Below, piece after piece: positions 13,258 to 24,229 of a DNA stretch of 64,000 nucleotides. The stretch is from positions 26,538,001-26,602,000 of the forward strand of contig CM119371.1 in assembly GCA_051294905.1 (NCBI GenBank), given 5' to 3'. Under the pieces are notes generated by a model, which did no database searches, was not told where the DNA came from, and saw nothing but the letters and a program-made list of their open reading frames with translations. Both the position numbers and the translations under genes were made by a program. Numbering within the stretch: the stretch's first letter is position 1; each line of letters begins with the position of its first letter. The DNA comes from Botryllus schlosseri. Its lineage: Eukaryota.

Positions 13258-15466
13258 CTGCTAACACGTCTATTTGAGTAGCAACGGTGACTAATTGGAT
13301 CAGAACTGACTATAGGATCATGTTTGGGCCACAGCTCTGCCAGTGCCCGCTATTGCATTTATGACCTATTTACTCTGATGAACCTAATCTTTGAACATTG
13401 TTCGTAGGGAGAGTGGCTGTCAAACGCCATGGCCTGGTTTCCGCGAGTATATACAACCGGAATGTCCGTACTGGTGCGGAATTAGTCGCGGTCTAGTATG
13501 CACACTGAACCAAAGGATACGGAAGATCCACGATTTATCACGCAATACTATAAAGATTGATGCAGCCCCATTTAACGCCTCATCAACGGTAGCGAATGTT
13601 CGATCTCTAATCTACAAAGCTACTTCGATCGCGATCATAGAGAAAGCTTTCCTGCAATCAACATTTCTCAAACATCAACGCAGCGTGAAAACAGCAACTG
13701 ATGTTTTGTCAAACCCTTGATACTTCACAACAGAGCGCCTCAATCTGTCTTGGTGTGGTGAAGAATCAAGGTTGCTGTGGCGAGCTCATGCACCCTGTTT
13801 ACTTGAAAGCATCTCACTAAAGTTTCCGGAACCGTAAAACGTTCGCTCATGACATGAACCAATGTATGTAATTTTAAAATGGATATCGAATGTCAATGGA
13901 TATCGAATTTACTATAGTGACAAAATGAGACTTCTGCTGCAATATCAAAACTGAATAAATCGAGTCGTATACCAAAATTAACGCCCAACAGACAGATCAT
14001 AATAATATACCTATATCAATAATTGAAAAGGATTGCTGACCCTTTTTACTAATAGCGTTCACTACCATGGTATGTGTAGCTTCGATTTTGAATGTATTAT
14101 GAATCGAATAGAATACCAACTAGGCAAAGAAACAAAAAAATGAAACGGATCGAATCTGGCAGAATCACGTCGGTGACGATAGCAAAATACCAAGTCGTTT
14201 TCCTTATTTCACATATTCGGGCTCTCATTCACCGAGTCGAAAGTAGACCGAATACTGTCGTGGATCACGCTTTTTGTACGAGGATATTCTACATCCTAAT
14301 AGCTGAATGTCTCAATCCACAGATTAGTCATATATCCTGGATTTAATTTCTCGATATTTTGGGATCGACCTTTCCATGCGACAGGTTTGTAATGCACCAT
14401 TGTATTCTATTACGTACTGGTGCACCTATTGAACATTTGATACATCCTAATGTGCATACCAGTGAAGGAACACTTCTCTACAGGACGACCCAATAATGAA
14501 AAATCCATCTCTTTCCATGTGGCTCTGGCAATATCTGCCTATCTCACTGCCGTGCCAAATTAGCTTGATCTCAAACGGTCTCCATATTACCTCAAGGGAA
14601 CAACTGCGGTAGACAAGGTGCTTAGTCCAACACCTGTGCTGACCAAATGCGATATACTCAACAGAAGACTTGATTACTTCGGGGCAATCTTACGTATCAA
14701 CTTGATTACGTCTAATCACGTTATCGGGTCTTCCAGTTTGGCGCAGCTTGATTCTTTGAAAATCTCACTGCTAAGACATCGATGGCCTTTCCGTATTCAT
14801 TTCAAATTCGTCAGATGTCGTTAAACATTACCCACATTTCTAGGACTCACGAATAGACTAGCAAACGAACATTTAGGTAATCGCTGCTTTATGAAACCGT
14901 ATATAAGTTATACAATTCATTGAAATGTAGTGTCCGATTTATGTAACGTCGATGTTCAGCACAGATAACATTTCCCCGACGGACATATTGGAATTTATTG
15001 AATGTCCGGACGATCTCCGATTCTGTGTCATTGAGATATCAAAGGACGTTTGCCACCGCGCCAAACATCGATCCTTTAGTATAAGTCAGGGTGGGTAGAC
15101 GTGGTTCATGCACGATCCGCATATCCAAGATCATAGTTGTAGAAGACCACAATACAAAAATTCAAAAATACGATTCTATTACGTCGCAATGAAATGTTGG
15201 TTACCGAAAGAAGATTATTACTGTGTGGTGACTGGTGATAAGGTACGTCTCCACCTGGGCTGCAAGATGTTTAAAATCAGGCTGATATGGCGCCAAAGCA
15301 GTGCGGGGCAACATAAGTGCTGATGAGCATTTACGAAAGATTTCATCCCGGTAATCTTATTATTCCGTAAATCTGTCTTCGTTGGGTATTCGAATCTATG
15401 CGTATACCATATGTAATCGAAGAACAAAATATGATATCAACTAGGATTGATCGAAAGAAAAAACAC

Positions 15467-15555
15467 TCCCTCGAGCCGGATTCGAACCAGCGACCTACGG
15501 ATATCAGCGTCACGTGCTCTACAGTCCACCGCTCTACCAGCTGAGCTATCGAAGG
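15467..15555 (-). tRNA. trnY-GTA: tRNA-Tyr(GTA) with 16-nt intron
   Basis: Full cloverleaf CCTTCGATAGCTCAGCTGG...CTGTAG[AGCACGTGACGCTGAT]ATCCGT...TCGAGGGA; T6 terminator; intron and flanks differ from the other copies. Confidence 0.9.
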
Positions 15556-16154
15556 GCTGTGCGCGTCTCTACTCCAGTATATTGAACCATATTGTCCTAT
15601 ATGGTGTCGACACAAGCAAATCTCACTGATCAGTGAAATTGATCACGTCACAATTTCCATTTGGCTACAGGCAATTTCACGGTCATTTTTGACCAGCTCG
15701 CCGAGCATTAAATTTCGTAAAACGGATATCAATCGAAAGATGACTCTGCACTGATTACGGAATTATAAATTTTATTACACTCGCGGCCTGGAACCCCCAC
15801 AATCAGCCTCGAATTTTTCATTGTTATGGAGATTGGCATTGGGACGCAACAATGCTGTCTGGCTCTTTTTCTCTTGAGCTACTCTCTCGTTCTATAGGCA
15901 AGAAGAATTTCAAGTTGAGAGTTGGCAGAAGCAACACAACGTTATGCCGCCAATAGCAAGCTATCACGTGACCATGTGTGTGTAAGAAGGGTTTTGAATT
16001 AAATATGTGTGTTGATGCCAACATAGCTCAATATTAATGTCAATGGAATCAACAACAAGAGACGTTTAAGCGCTGATCTAATGTTTTTATTCAAGAATGC
16101 GTGATCAGTTATTCGAGGTCCTATCGCGCAGATGCATAAATATGTGCAAAACCT

Positions 16155-16182
16155 TGCTCCATGGCGATTGCGCCAATGGAGC
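16155..16182 (-). pseudogene. tRNA-Ile(TAT) remnant with internal deletion
   Basis: TGCTCCATGGCGATTGCGCCAATGGAGC between normal Ile flanks. Confidence 0.8.
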
Positions 16183-16443
16183 TACGGAGTTGAGGCGATG
16201 CGAACCGGTAAAAGTGTACCACTAAACGTAAACCCGATGAAACGTCACAATGCTCATTCACATCACAAATAACTTATTGAGTATGACCCTGTCTGTCAAA
16301 GATATAGCCGGAGATGTAGATGTGTAGATGTGACACTCGTGAGGACTTAACCTAAGCAATATTTCCTATTGGCGATATATTATACTCTAAAAATAGCAAT
16401 CAGCATTTGTCTCACACATTTCTATGTTTGAGACAGGAAAAGT

Positions 16444-16525
16444 CGTTGCCGGCAGGACTCGAACCTGCGCGGACAGAATCCAACAGATTTCTAGTCTGTC
16501 ACCATAACCACTCGGCCACGACAAC
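16444..16525 (-). tRNA. trnS-AGA: tRNA-Ser(AGA), variant; partner Thr deleted
   Basis: 82-nt class II cloverleaf, loop CTAGAAA, several wobble changes, T4 downstream. Confidence 0.7.
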
Positions 16526-16745
16526 TGTGCCACGGCGGGTGGGTGGGGATGGTTCCCAACGTTAATGAGAAAATCCCTGTTGTGTATCATGTTCTATAGT
16601 AAGACACCATGCCCATAATACAGAGTTGCAGGTGGATATTTTATTCCGAAGTCGATCATTTAAAAAATGGCATGGGACAGTTTCGAGAATTTGGTAACCA
16701 ATGCTTATCAGCTGGGCTAACGGAGTATTGTTGATTGTCGCCTCT

Positions 16746-17166
16746 TAGGGTTACCATATTTTGGAAATCTGAAAGGAGGACGCTATTTCAAAATTTCAAA
16801 ATTTGCAAATCTGGGGAAATTTCATTAAAATATGGTAAATTTTACCACGTCGTGGTCGGTTGACTAAAAAAATAACAAGATCAACTTTCTCACCCAGCGC
16901 ACAAAATACAATTTGTTCCTTCACAGTATTTGGTGATTGATTGAAAAAAAGGTCATCTCCGGCTCAGCTCCCGAAATACCCGTCTGAGCGTTACTACAAT
17001 GCTGATTTAGGGCATCTCAATCGACTTTGACCGTAAATTTGACCAAAATTATTGAAAAAGAGGACAAAATCTCAAAAAGAGGTCAAAAAGGTGTCCTCCG
17101 AAGACGCATTCAAAAAAGTTAAGAAAGAGGACAAATCCTCTTAAAAGAGGACGCATGGTAACCATG
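16746..17166. mobile_element. hAT-like MITE, TAGGGTTACCATA family
   Basis: Absent from the paralogous spacer at ~19435; AGAGGAC subterminal repeats; right end degenerate. Confidence 0.75.
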
Positions 17167-17233
17167 TCCCTGCTACAATCACGGATGATGCAGCATATAG
17201 GTAACTGATGAAAACAAACATTGTCAATGAAGA

Positions 17234-17309
17234 ATTCGAACCAGCGACCTATGGATATCAGCTCGAATTGTTCTATGGTCCACCGCTCTACTAACTGAGC
17301 TATCGAAGG
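17234..17309 (-). pseudogene. tRNA-Tyr pseudogene, 3'-truncated, loop CCATAG
   Basis: Tyr body up to the T-loop, then fused to spacer sequence. Confidence 0.85.
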
Positions 17310-17697
17310 GAGGTGATGTGACATGGCTCAGCATATTGATGCTGCAAATGAATAAATTATCTGTTTTTTTGTTCATTTCGAGTATGCAACGAAGTTGAGC
17401 AAGCACATCCCGGAATGTATGTCCATTTTGGATTCAAATATAGGTTTGTTGAATGAACGTTCATGGTAGTTGACGTGATATGTAAGATTGATGTTTGGTG
17501 AGGCACTGACCTTTTACTTCAGAATAGCAGATGCATGCTAAAAATGACAGCTCATTCATAGCCCCGCTATTGAATATGTTACATTATGTGAAATGGTAGT
17601 AGTAGATATCATTAGAAAATATTCCTTGAGGGCGTGAGCCAACCAGAGATGACCTATGAATAACATTAATAACGGTTCTACTGCAAATAATTATAAG

Positions 17698-17779
17698 CGT
17701 TGTCGGCAGGACTCGAAACTGCGCGGGCAGAGCCCAACAGATTTCCAGCCTGTCGCCTTAACCACTCGGGCACTCCAAA
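17698..17779 (-). pseudogene. tRNA-Ser pseudogene (anticodon GGA)
   Basis: 5' acceptor strand and B box mutated. Confidence 0.8.
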
Positions 17780-17781
17780 CG

Positions 17782-17854
17782 AGCCACCAGTGAGGATTGA
17801 ACTCACGACCCCTGGTTTACAAGACCAGTGCTCTAACCACTGAGCTATGGCGGC
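17782..17854 (-). tRNA. trnT-TGT: tRNA-Thr(TGT)
   Basis: GCCGCCATAGCTCAGTGGTTAGAGCACTGGTCTTGTAAACCAGGGGTCGTGAGTTCAATCCTCACTGGTGGCT, intact 73-nt cloverleaf. Confidence 0.92.
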
Positions 17855-18603
17855 TTACGGTACCGAAAACGTCCACCATACCGTCAGACATTGCGATCAT
17901 TTTGAGTTGAATTAATTCTCGTTCTCTGGTAGTGTTACCATATGTCCTCCTTTAGGAGGATTTGATCTTCATTTTATGGAAATCGAAAATGTTCTTCTAG
18001 GTCGTTTAAGTATTCTCACTTCTGGAAATTCGTATTGGACAGCAAGGCTAATGGTCATGATCAACTGCAAATCGCAATACATTATGTGAAATACACAATG
18101 CGGACATTGCGGAGGGGTTAATTCTGGAGTCGAATCGGAGTGATGAGCTTTTTTTAGTTAACACAACAAGATTTAGATTTACAGCAAATATTTCAAAATC
18201 AGCTGTTATTGATTTCGGTAAACTTTATTTTTTACTATGATTAACGTAGACCCTACCCTTCTTTCCTGATCCCAAAGTATGGTATCCGTATTATATAGCC
18301 AAGTGAAATTTCCCTGGAGAAGGCGGAAACACATAAACAACGCTACCGTTACGCTGTCAACTGTAGGCTACCGCGTCATCATATCTACAGGAACTCATTT
18401 ACGACTTCTGACAAGTTTCCAGACTTTGTGTGTTGGAAGAGAGTTGAACTAAAGAAGCGTGTTCATGCAAATATAGCTCAATAATCATGTCAATGGAATC
18501 AACAGCAATAGACGTTTGGCGCTGATCTAATTTGTACATTCAATAATGCGGGGTCAGGTATTTGTGGTTCTATTTCGCAGCTACACAAATGCGTGCAAAA
18601 CCT

Positions 18604-18693
18604 TGCTCCAGGCGAGGCTCGAACTCGCAGCCTCCGCATGTCTCCGTGTCTGTCGTATAAGTACGGCGCGCTAACCGATTGCGCCACTGGAGC
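18604..18693 (-). tRNA. trnI-TAT: tRNA-Ile(TAT) with 16-nt intron
   Basis: GCTCCAGTGGCGCAATCGG...CTTATA[CGACAGACACGGAGAC]ATGCGG...CTGGAGCA; T4 downstream. Confidence 0.93.
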
Positions 18694-18837
18694 TACGAAG
18701 CTGGAGCGATACGAACTACTAAAACTGTACGTACGAACGTGAACCCGATGATACGTCAAAATGGCCATTTCATCACAAATGACTTATTGACCATGAACCT
18801 GTCTGTAAAAGATATTGCGGGAGATGTAGATATGTAG

Positions 18838-19093
18838 ATGTGCCACTGGTGAGGACTTTAAGTAAGCAATATTTGATATACGACGATATATTATGCTGCA
18901 AAATTAGCAATCAGCATTCGTCTATGTAGGAGACAGCAAAATTCGTCGTCAGCTGGACTCGAACCTGGTGTGTCACTGGTGAGGACTTTACCTAAGCAAT
19001 GATATACGACGATATATTATGTTGTAAAATTAGCAATCAGCATTCGTCTATGTAGGAGACAGCAAAATGCGTTGTCAGCAGGACTCGAACCTG
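18838..19093. repeat. ~127-bp tandem duplication including the 3' end of tRNA-Ser
   Basis: GTCACTGGTGAGGAC...GGACTCGAACCTG occurs twice. Confidence 0.8.
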
Positions 19094-19151
19094 CGCGGGC
19101 TGAGCCCAACATGTTTCTAGTCTGTCCCTTTAACCACTCCGCCACGACAAT
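19070..19151 (-). pseudogene. tRNA-Ser(AGA), degenerate
   Basis: 82 nt; acceptor, D and anticodon-stem mismatches. Confidence 0.8.
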
Positions 19152-19153
19152 TG

Positions 19154-19226
19154 AGCCACGAGTGAGAAATGAACTGAAGACCCCTGGTTTACGAGACCAG
19201 TGCTATTGCCACTGAGCTATGGTAGC
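19154..19226 (-). pseudogene. tRNA-Thr(CGT), degenerate
   Basis: 73 nt; T-arm and acceptor mutated. Confidence 0.8.
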
Positions 19227-19771
19227 GGGTGGGGGTGGTCCCAAGCGATAATGAAAAAATCCCTATTGTGTATCGTGTTTTACAGTAAGACACCATACCC
19301 ATAGGAGTGAGTTGCAGGAGGTTATTTTATTCCTAAGTCAATCATTTGAAAAATGGCGCGGGGCCGTTTCGAGAATTTTACGGAAAAGTTTGAGAACCAA
19401 TGCTAATGAGCTGTGCTATCGAAGTATTGTTGATTGTCCCTGCTACAATCACGGATGCTGCGGTAGATAGGCAATTGAAGAAAACAAATATTGTCAATGA
19501 AGAATAGTTGAAAGCGAAACAAACTAAACCTCATTGGTGCCGGTGCCGGTACGTTGATCTAGTAAGTGGTTACCGGCTGACGTCGGTTTCCGCTGTGAAA
19601 TTCGCGCACATACCAGCGTATGGAATCAAGAATAGGAAATATTAGCAACAGAGATTATTCGAGATGTGCCTTTGTGTAGCCCACGTTTAGTGTTGTCTTA
19701 TGCGCTAAGAATTGCACCGAAATTGATTGATTGGGTACGTGTTGATTGGAGTGTAGGCGGATAGCCGTTTA

Positions 19772-20429
19772 CAGTAGGGGTATTAAAAGATGACTTTATT
19801 TCTCAAGTTGTACTGGCTACTCGATAAAATTGTTAGGTTTCCCAATTTAAGCCAACACACCAAATTTGGTTCAATTCCAGCCAGTAGCCGCATTGCTACA
19901 GGAGAACAAAGTTTCTATTTAATATATAAAACAAAATTTTCTGTTCACCTCATTAAAGTGTAAGGTTGTCTATAGAAATGATGTTCACCAAATTTGGTTC
20001 AATTCCAACTAGTGAATGCGGTGTTATTGCCGTCGAAACGTTTGGATTATCAATAAAATAGTATTTACGGTTTTTACGACCAATTCTTTAAATATTTAAT
20101 ATATGTGTACCCACCGTAAATACTATTTTATTCAAATCCAAATTTTTTGACGGCAATAAATCAGCTTCCACTGGTTGGAATTGAACCAAATTTGGTGAAC
20201 ATCGTTTTTATAGACAACCTAACACTATCATGGGGTGTAATAAAAATTTTGAAATTTTTTGTAATTTATTTTTATATAATAAATAGAAACTTTGCTCTCC
20301 TGTAGCAATGCGGCTACTGGCTGGAATTGAACCGAATTTGGTGTGTAGGCCTAAATTACGTAACCTAACAATTTTATCGAGTAGCCAGTACGATTTGAGA
20401 AAACAAGGTCATTTTTGAAGACCCCAGTG
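19772..20429. mobile_element. Tc1/mariner-like fold-back MITE
   Basis: TA TSD (paralogous empty site GCCGTGTACAG at ~40907); CA...TG termini; ~300-bp inverted arms around a ~40-bp centre. Confidence 0.85.
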
Positions 20430-20573
20430 TACAGTGGTCACGCTGGTCACATGCGACGGTGGATTGGAGGCAGGAAGAGGTCGGAATTTGTTGTTGTGTT
20501 GTTGTTGTGCCCTTGTGTGTATTTATGTTTTAATCAATGTAATAAACTTCGCATTCGCAAGAATATAAAAAAA

Positions 20574-20645
20574 TCCTTCGAGCCGGAATCGAACCAGCTT
20601 TAATGGTTCTACAGTCCACCGCTTTACCAACTGAGCTATCGAAGG
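20574..20645 (-). pseudogene. tRNA-Tyr derivative with 17-nt deletion (72 nt)
   Basis: Deletion between two GCTG motifs; acceptor, T-arm and T7 terminator intact. Confidence 0.8.
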
Positions 20646-21003
20646 GAGGTGATGTGAAATGGCTCAACATATTGATACTGCAAATGAATAAGTTATCTCT
20701 TTTTTGTTCATTTGGAGTATCCAACGAAGTTGAGCAAGTACATCCCTGAATGTATGTCCATTTTGGGTTCCAATATAGGTTTGTTTAATGTCTGTTCATG
20801 GCAGTTGACGTGACATGTGAGATTCATGTTGGTGAGGCACTGACCGTTTACTGTCAGATAAGCAAATGTATGCTTAAAATGACAGCTCATTCATGGCACC
20901 GCTATTGAATACGTTCCATTATGTTAAATCGGCACACAATCATTCGAAACATAAAATATATTTTTTTGAGGCCGACCAGCTATCAACTGCAAACAAAGTT
21001 GCC

Positions 21004-21085
21004 CGTCGTCGGCAGGATTCGAATCTGCGCGGGCGGAGCCGAACAGATTTCTAATCTGTCGCCTTAACCACTCGGCCACGACAAC
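21004..21085 (-). pseudogene. tRNA-Ser(AGA), degenerate
   Basis: G53>A in the B box, C32>T, variable-arm mismatch. Confidence 0.7.
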
Positions 21086-21087
21086 CG

Positions 21088-21160
21088 AGCCACCAGTGAG
21101 AATTGAACTCACGACCCCTGGTTTACGAGACCACTGCTCTAACCACTGAGCTACGGTGGC
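21088..21160 (-). pseudogene. tRNA-Thr(CGT), mildly degenerate
   Basis: 73 nt; C27>G and C61>T. Confidence 0.7.
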
Positions 21161-21218
21161 TTACGATACCGAAATGGTCCACCATACAGCCAGAAATCGC
21201 GATCAATTTAAGTTGGAT

Positions 21219-23312
21219 CAGTGGTTCCTAGCCGGTGGGGAATTCAATGGTTTTTGATGAGGATAGACGCATTTGTTAAAATTAAATACAGTATAGTCCA
21301 CATATTTTCGGAGACACATGTGCGATTAACATTACCAGTTGACTGCTCTGGATCGCATGTATCGAAAAGTATATTGCTTGTTGTTCATGAAAACGAATTT
21401 GTAATTCTGGATAACCAATGATGGAATCCCAAACGTATCCAGCACGACCAGTATGACGTGAAATAACGCTTTCGCTAAATATTGAGGGTTATCATCGGTA
21501 TCGGTTACGGCTGGCATAATGATTAGGCTACTCGAATCTGAATCGAGTATTCATTTCAATGATTAAAGTCGAGTACTAAAATACGAATTTTTCGATTACT
21601 GAAATTATGCACTTCTCACCGCTGAAAGTTAATTTATCAACGGGAATTATAGTTTTTATAGTAATGTCATTGTTGAAGCCTTGAAATCCTGATTGGCAGT
21701 ATCGTAGCAAACAAAACATATTGTACAAAGTATTGATGGTGTGAACCTCTGAAAGGTTCATGTTCGTGTGAACGCGAACCTTTTTGAAAGGTTCTGTGTG
21801 AACGCGAAGTTGAACCTCATGACGTCACGTGATATCATATTGTTAGTTCCAACCCTATATTTCAGTGAAGTGATGTATTAATGTAAAACACGCTGCCTAC
21901 AGACGACTCGGGCCACAGTATATGTCACAATGCTGAAGAACATACTGACTTATTAAACGTAGCCAAATATATCAACTGGAGCAATTAAATGATATAATAA
22001 TCCCATAAAATCAATATCTTCCGTCTCTTTGCCAACAAATTCGACGAAGACTAGCAAGGGAATACAAGCTTACGCCTTAACGGTCCAGGACAGACCAGAA
22101 TATGTATTCGTCGTCTGAGTATTGATGCATTGATATTGAGCAGAGTGTCGAATGAGCTTCTATACTTGCTAACGATATTATCCTAATAACAAGATATACA
22201 GGAGTAGACAACACCCCAATAACACGGATTTGTTTTTGTATGACATAATAAATATAACAAATCAAGATGGTCCCAGTATTCCTGGTAGATTTTTTACATT
22301 CGACAGCGATGTATTCTGTATATGAATTTCATTGATTGGTTGAATAAGCATCATTTGCTCACCATACCTACATGTAACGTATTTCGCTCTTGATATTGTG
22401 TGATTGCGGGTCAAGCTCACACCAGAGAGTCACCAAATATTTACAGACTGAAAACTGGATATTTCGTGCGAACTTTTGTAACAAAGTAAGTAGAATTTCT
22501 GAGATTATCAAGGTGCATGCTCGTTTAGTGTTGATTTTTTATGCTGCCAGCGCCATGCATAGAGTGGCACGCAGTTGATATGCAATGAATTGAAACCGAA
22601 AATGTTATAATCACGTGTAAAATTGTAATATATAAAAGGTTCACAGTGCAGCACCTACCAAGGTTCGTTTGTGAACGTGAACCTCTAAATTTCTGAGGTT
22701 CACACACAGAACGCGAACGTGAACCTCACGATCACACCATCCCTAGTACAAAGCTACGATTGTTACTGGATGTAGCGCATTTTCGAAGTTATTATTATCC
22801 CACAACATTGTCACCAAGAGGGAATGAGGTATGGTCGAAAAAAATACCAAAGTTGCATCACAATACCAAGCTCCGTTACAATGCAACAGTCGAATCTGAT
22901 TTTGGGTGTTCCAGGACCAAGACCAAAATAAAATGTATATTTTCGCGATCAGTACCGCGATATAGCTATCGATTGATACACGTTTTATCAAAATAAACGC
23001 TCGGCGAGCCGGTTAAATAATACCGTCAATTTGCCTTTGACCAAATGGAAAGTGTGGCGTATACCAATTTCACTGAGCCATGAGATTTGATTGTGTCCAC
23101 ACCATATAGGACACTGTACTTTTATGCTGCAGTTATCGACGATTGACTTGCCTACTGGTGTCGTTTTCCAATAGCAAGTCCCTGCTAAAAGTCCGGCGAA
23201 ATGTTATGGAGGGGCATTTTTAAAGGGTATATAGGAGTTTTGGGTAGTGGGGAATGAAGACTCGGAATAAATCTGAAGTGGGGAATTATTACAGAAAGGT
23301 TTGGAATCACTA
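21219..23312. mobile_element. hAT-like composite element, CAGTGGTTCC TIRs
   Basis: TSD AGTTGGAT/AGTTAAAT versus empty-site AGTTAGAT; contains a TAGGGCTGGGCA-family remnant (~21510-22850) that is itself interrupted. Confidence 0.75.
21731..22745. mobile_element. hAT-like MITE, TAGGGATGGTGTGAAC family
   Basis: Perfect 8-bp TSD GTACAAAG; GTGAAC subterminal repeats. Confidence 0.88.
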
Positions 23313-23431
23313 AGTTAAATTAATTTTCGTTTTATAGCAGTGTTACCATATGTCCTACTTTAGGAGGATTTGATCTCCCTTTAAGGAATTCGGAAATGTC
23401 TTCCGGGGACGCCTAATTGTTCTTATTTTTG

Positions 23432-23487
23432 GAACTCACGACCCCTGGTTTACGAGACCAGAGCTCTAACCACTGAGCTATGGTGTC
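23432..23487 (-). pseudogene. tRNA-Thr(CGT) 5' fragment
   Basis: Truncated in the T-loop at a duplication junction. Confidence 0.8.
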
Positions 23488-24229
23488 TTACGATACCGGA
23501 TACGACAACTATACAGTCAGAAATCGCGACCATTTTGAGTTAGATTAATTTTCGTTCTATAGAAGTTTTACCACGTGTAATTCTTCAGGAGGAGTTGATC
23601 TCCCTTTCAGGGAATTCGGAAATGTCCTCCGAGTACGGCTAATTGTCCTCATTTTTGGAAATTCGTCTTTGACAGCTAGGCTAATGGTAATGATCAACTG
23701 AAAATCGCCATACATTACGCGAAATGCGCATTGCGGACGCTGCAGAGCAGTTAAGTCGGGAGTCGAGTCGGAGTGACAAGCATTTTATAGCCAGCACAAA
23801 AAGATATTGATTTCCTGCGAATATCTCAAAACCAGATGTTTTCGATATCGGTAAACTAACTTTTGAAATTGGATAAACGCGCCCTTTTTCCCCGATTCCA
23901 AAGTATGTTAACCGTTGTCTATAGCCAAGTAAAATTACGTTGGAGAGGTGGAAACAGATAAACAACGCTATCGCTATGCTGTCAACTGGAGGCTACCACG
24001 TGCTCGTGTCCATATGAACTCATTTACGACTTCAGACAAGTTTCCAGACTTTGTGCGTAGGAAGGGTGTTGAATCGAAATATGTTCATGCTCTCATACCT
24101 CAATATTAATGGTAATGGAATCAACAAACAACAAAGGACGTTTAGCACTGATGCAATGTGTGTATTCAAGAATGCGGGGTCAGCTATTCGTGGTTCTATC
24201 GCGCAGCTACATGAATAAGTGCAAAATCT

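Noticed and set aside
13391..14824. ORFs 13391-13720 and 14618-14824 (also 10487-10711 and 50645-50878) as genes
   Set aside because: Short, no recognisable homology and no consistent splice model; degraded coding sequence cannot be excluded.
23677..23683. TAGGCTA in GACAGCTAGGCTAATGG as a footprint
   Set aside because: Paralogues read GCGAGGCTA or GCAAGGCTA at equal length, so it is a substitution. The same applies at ~18364 and ~20346.
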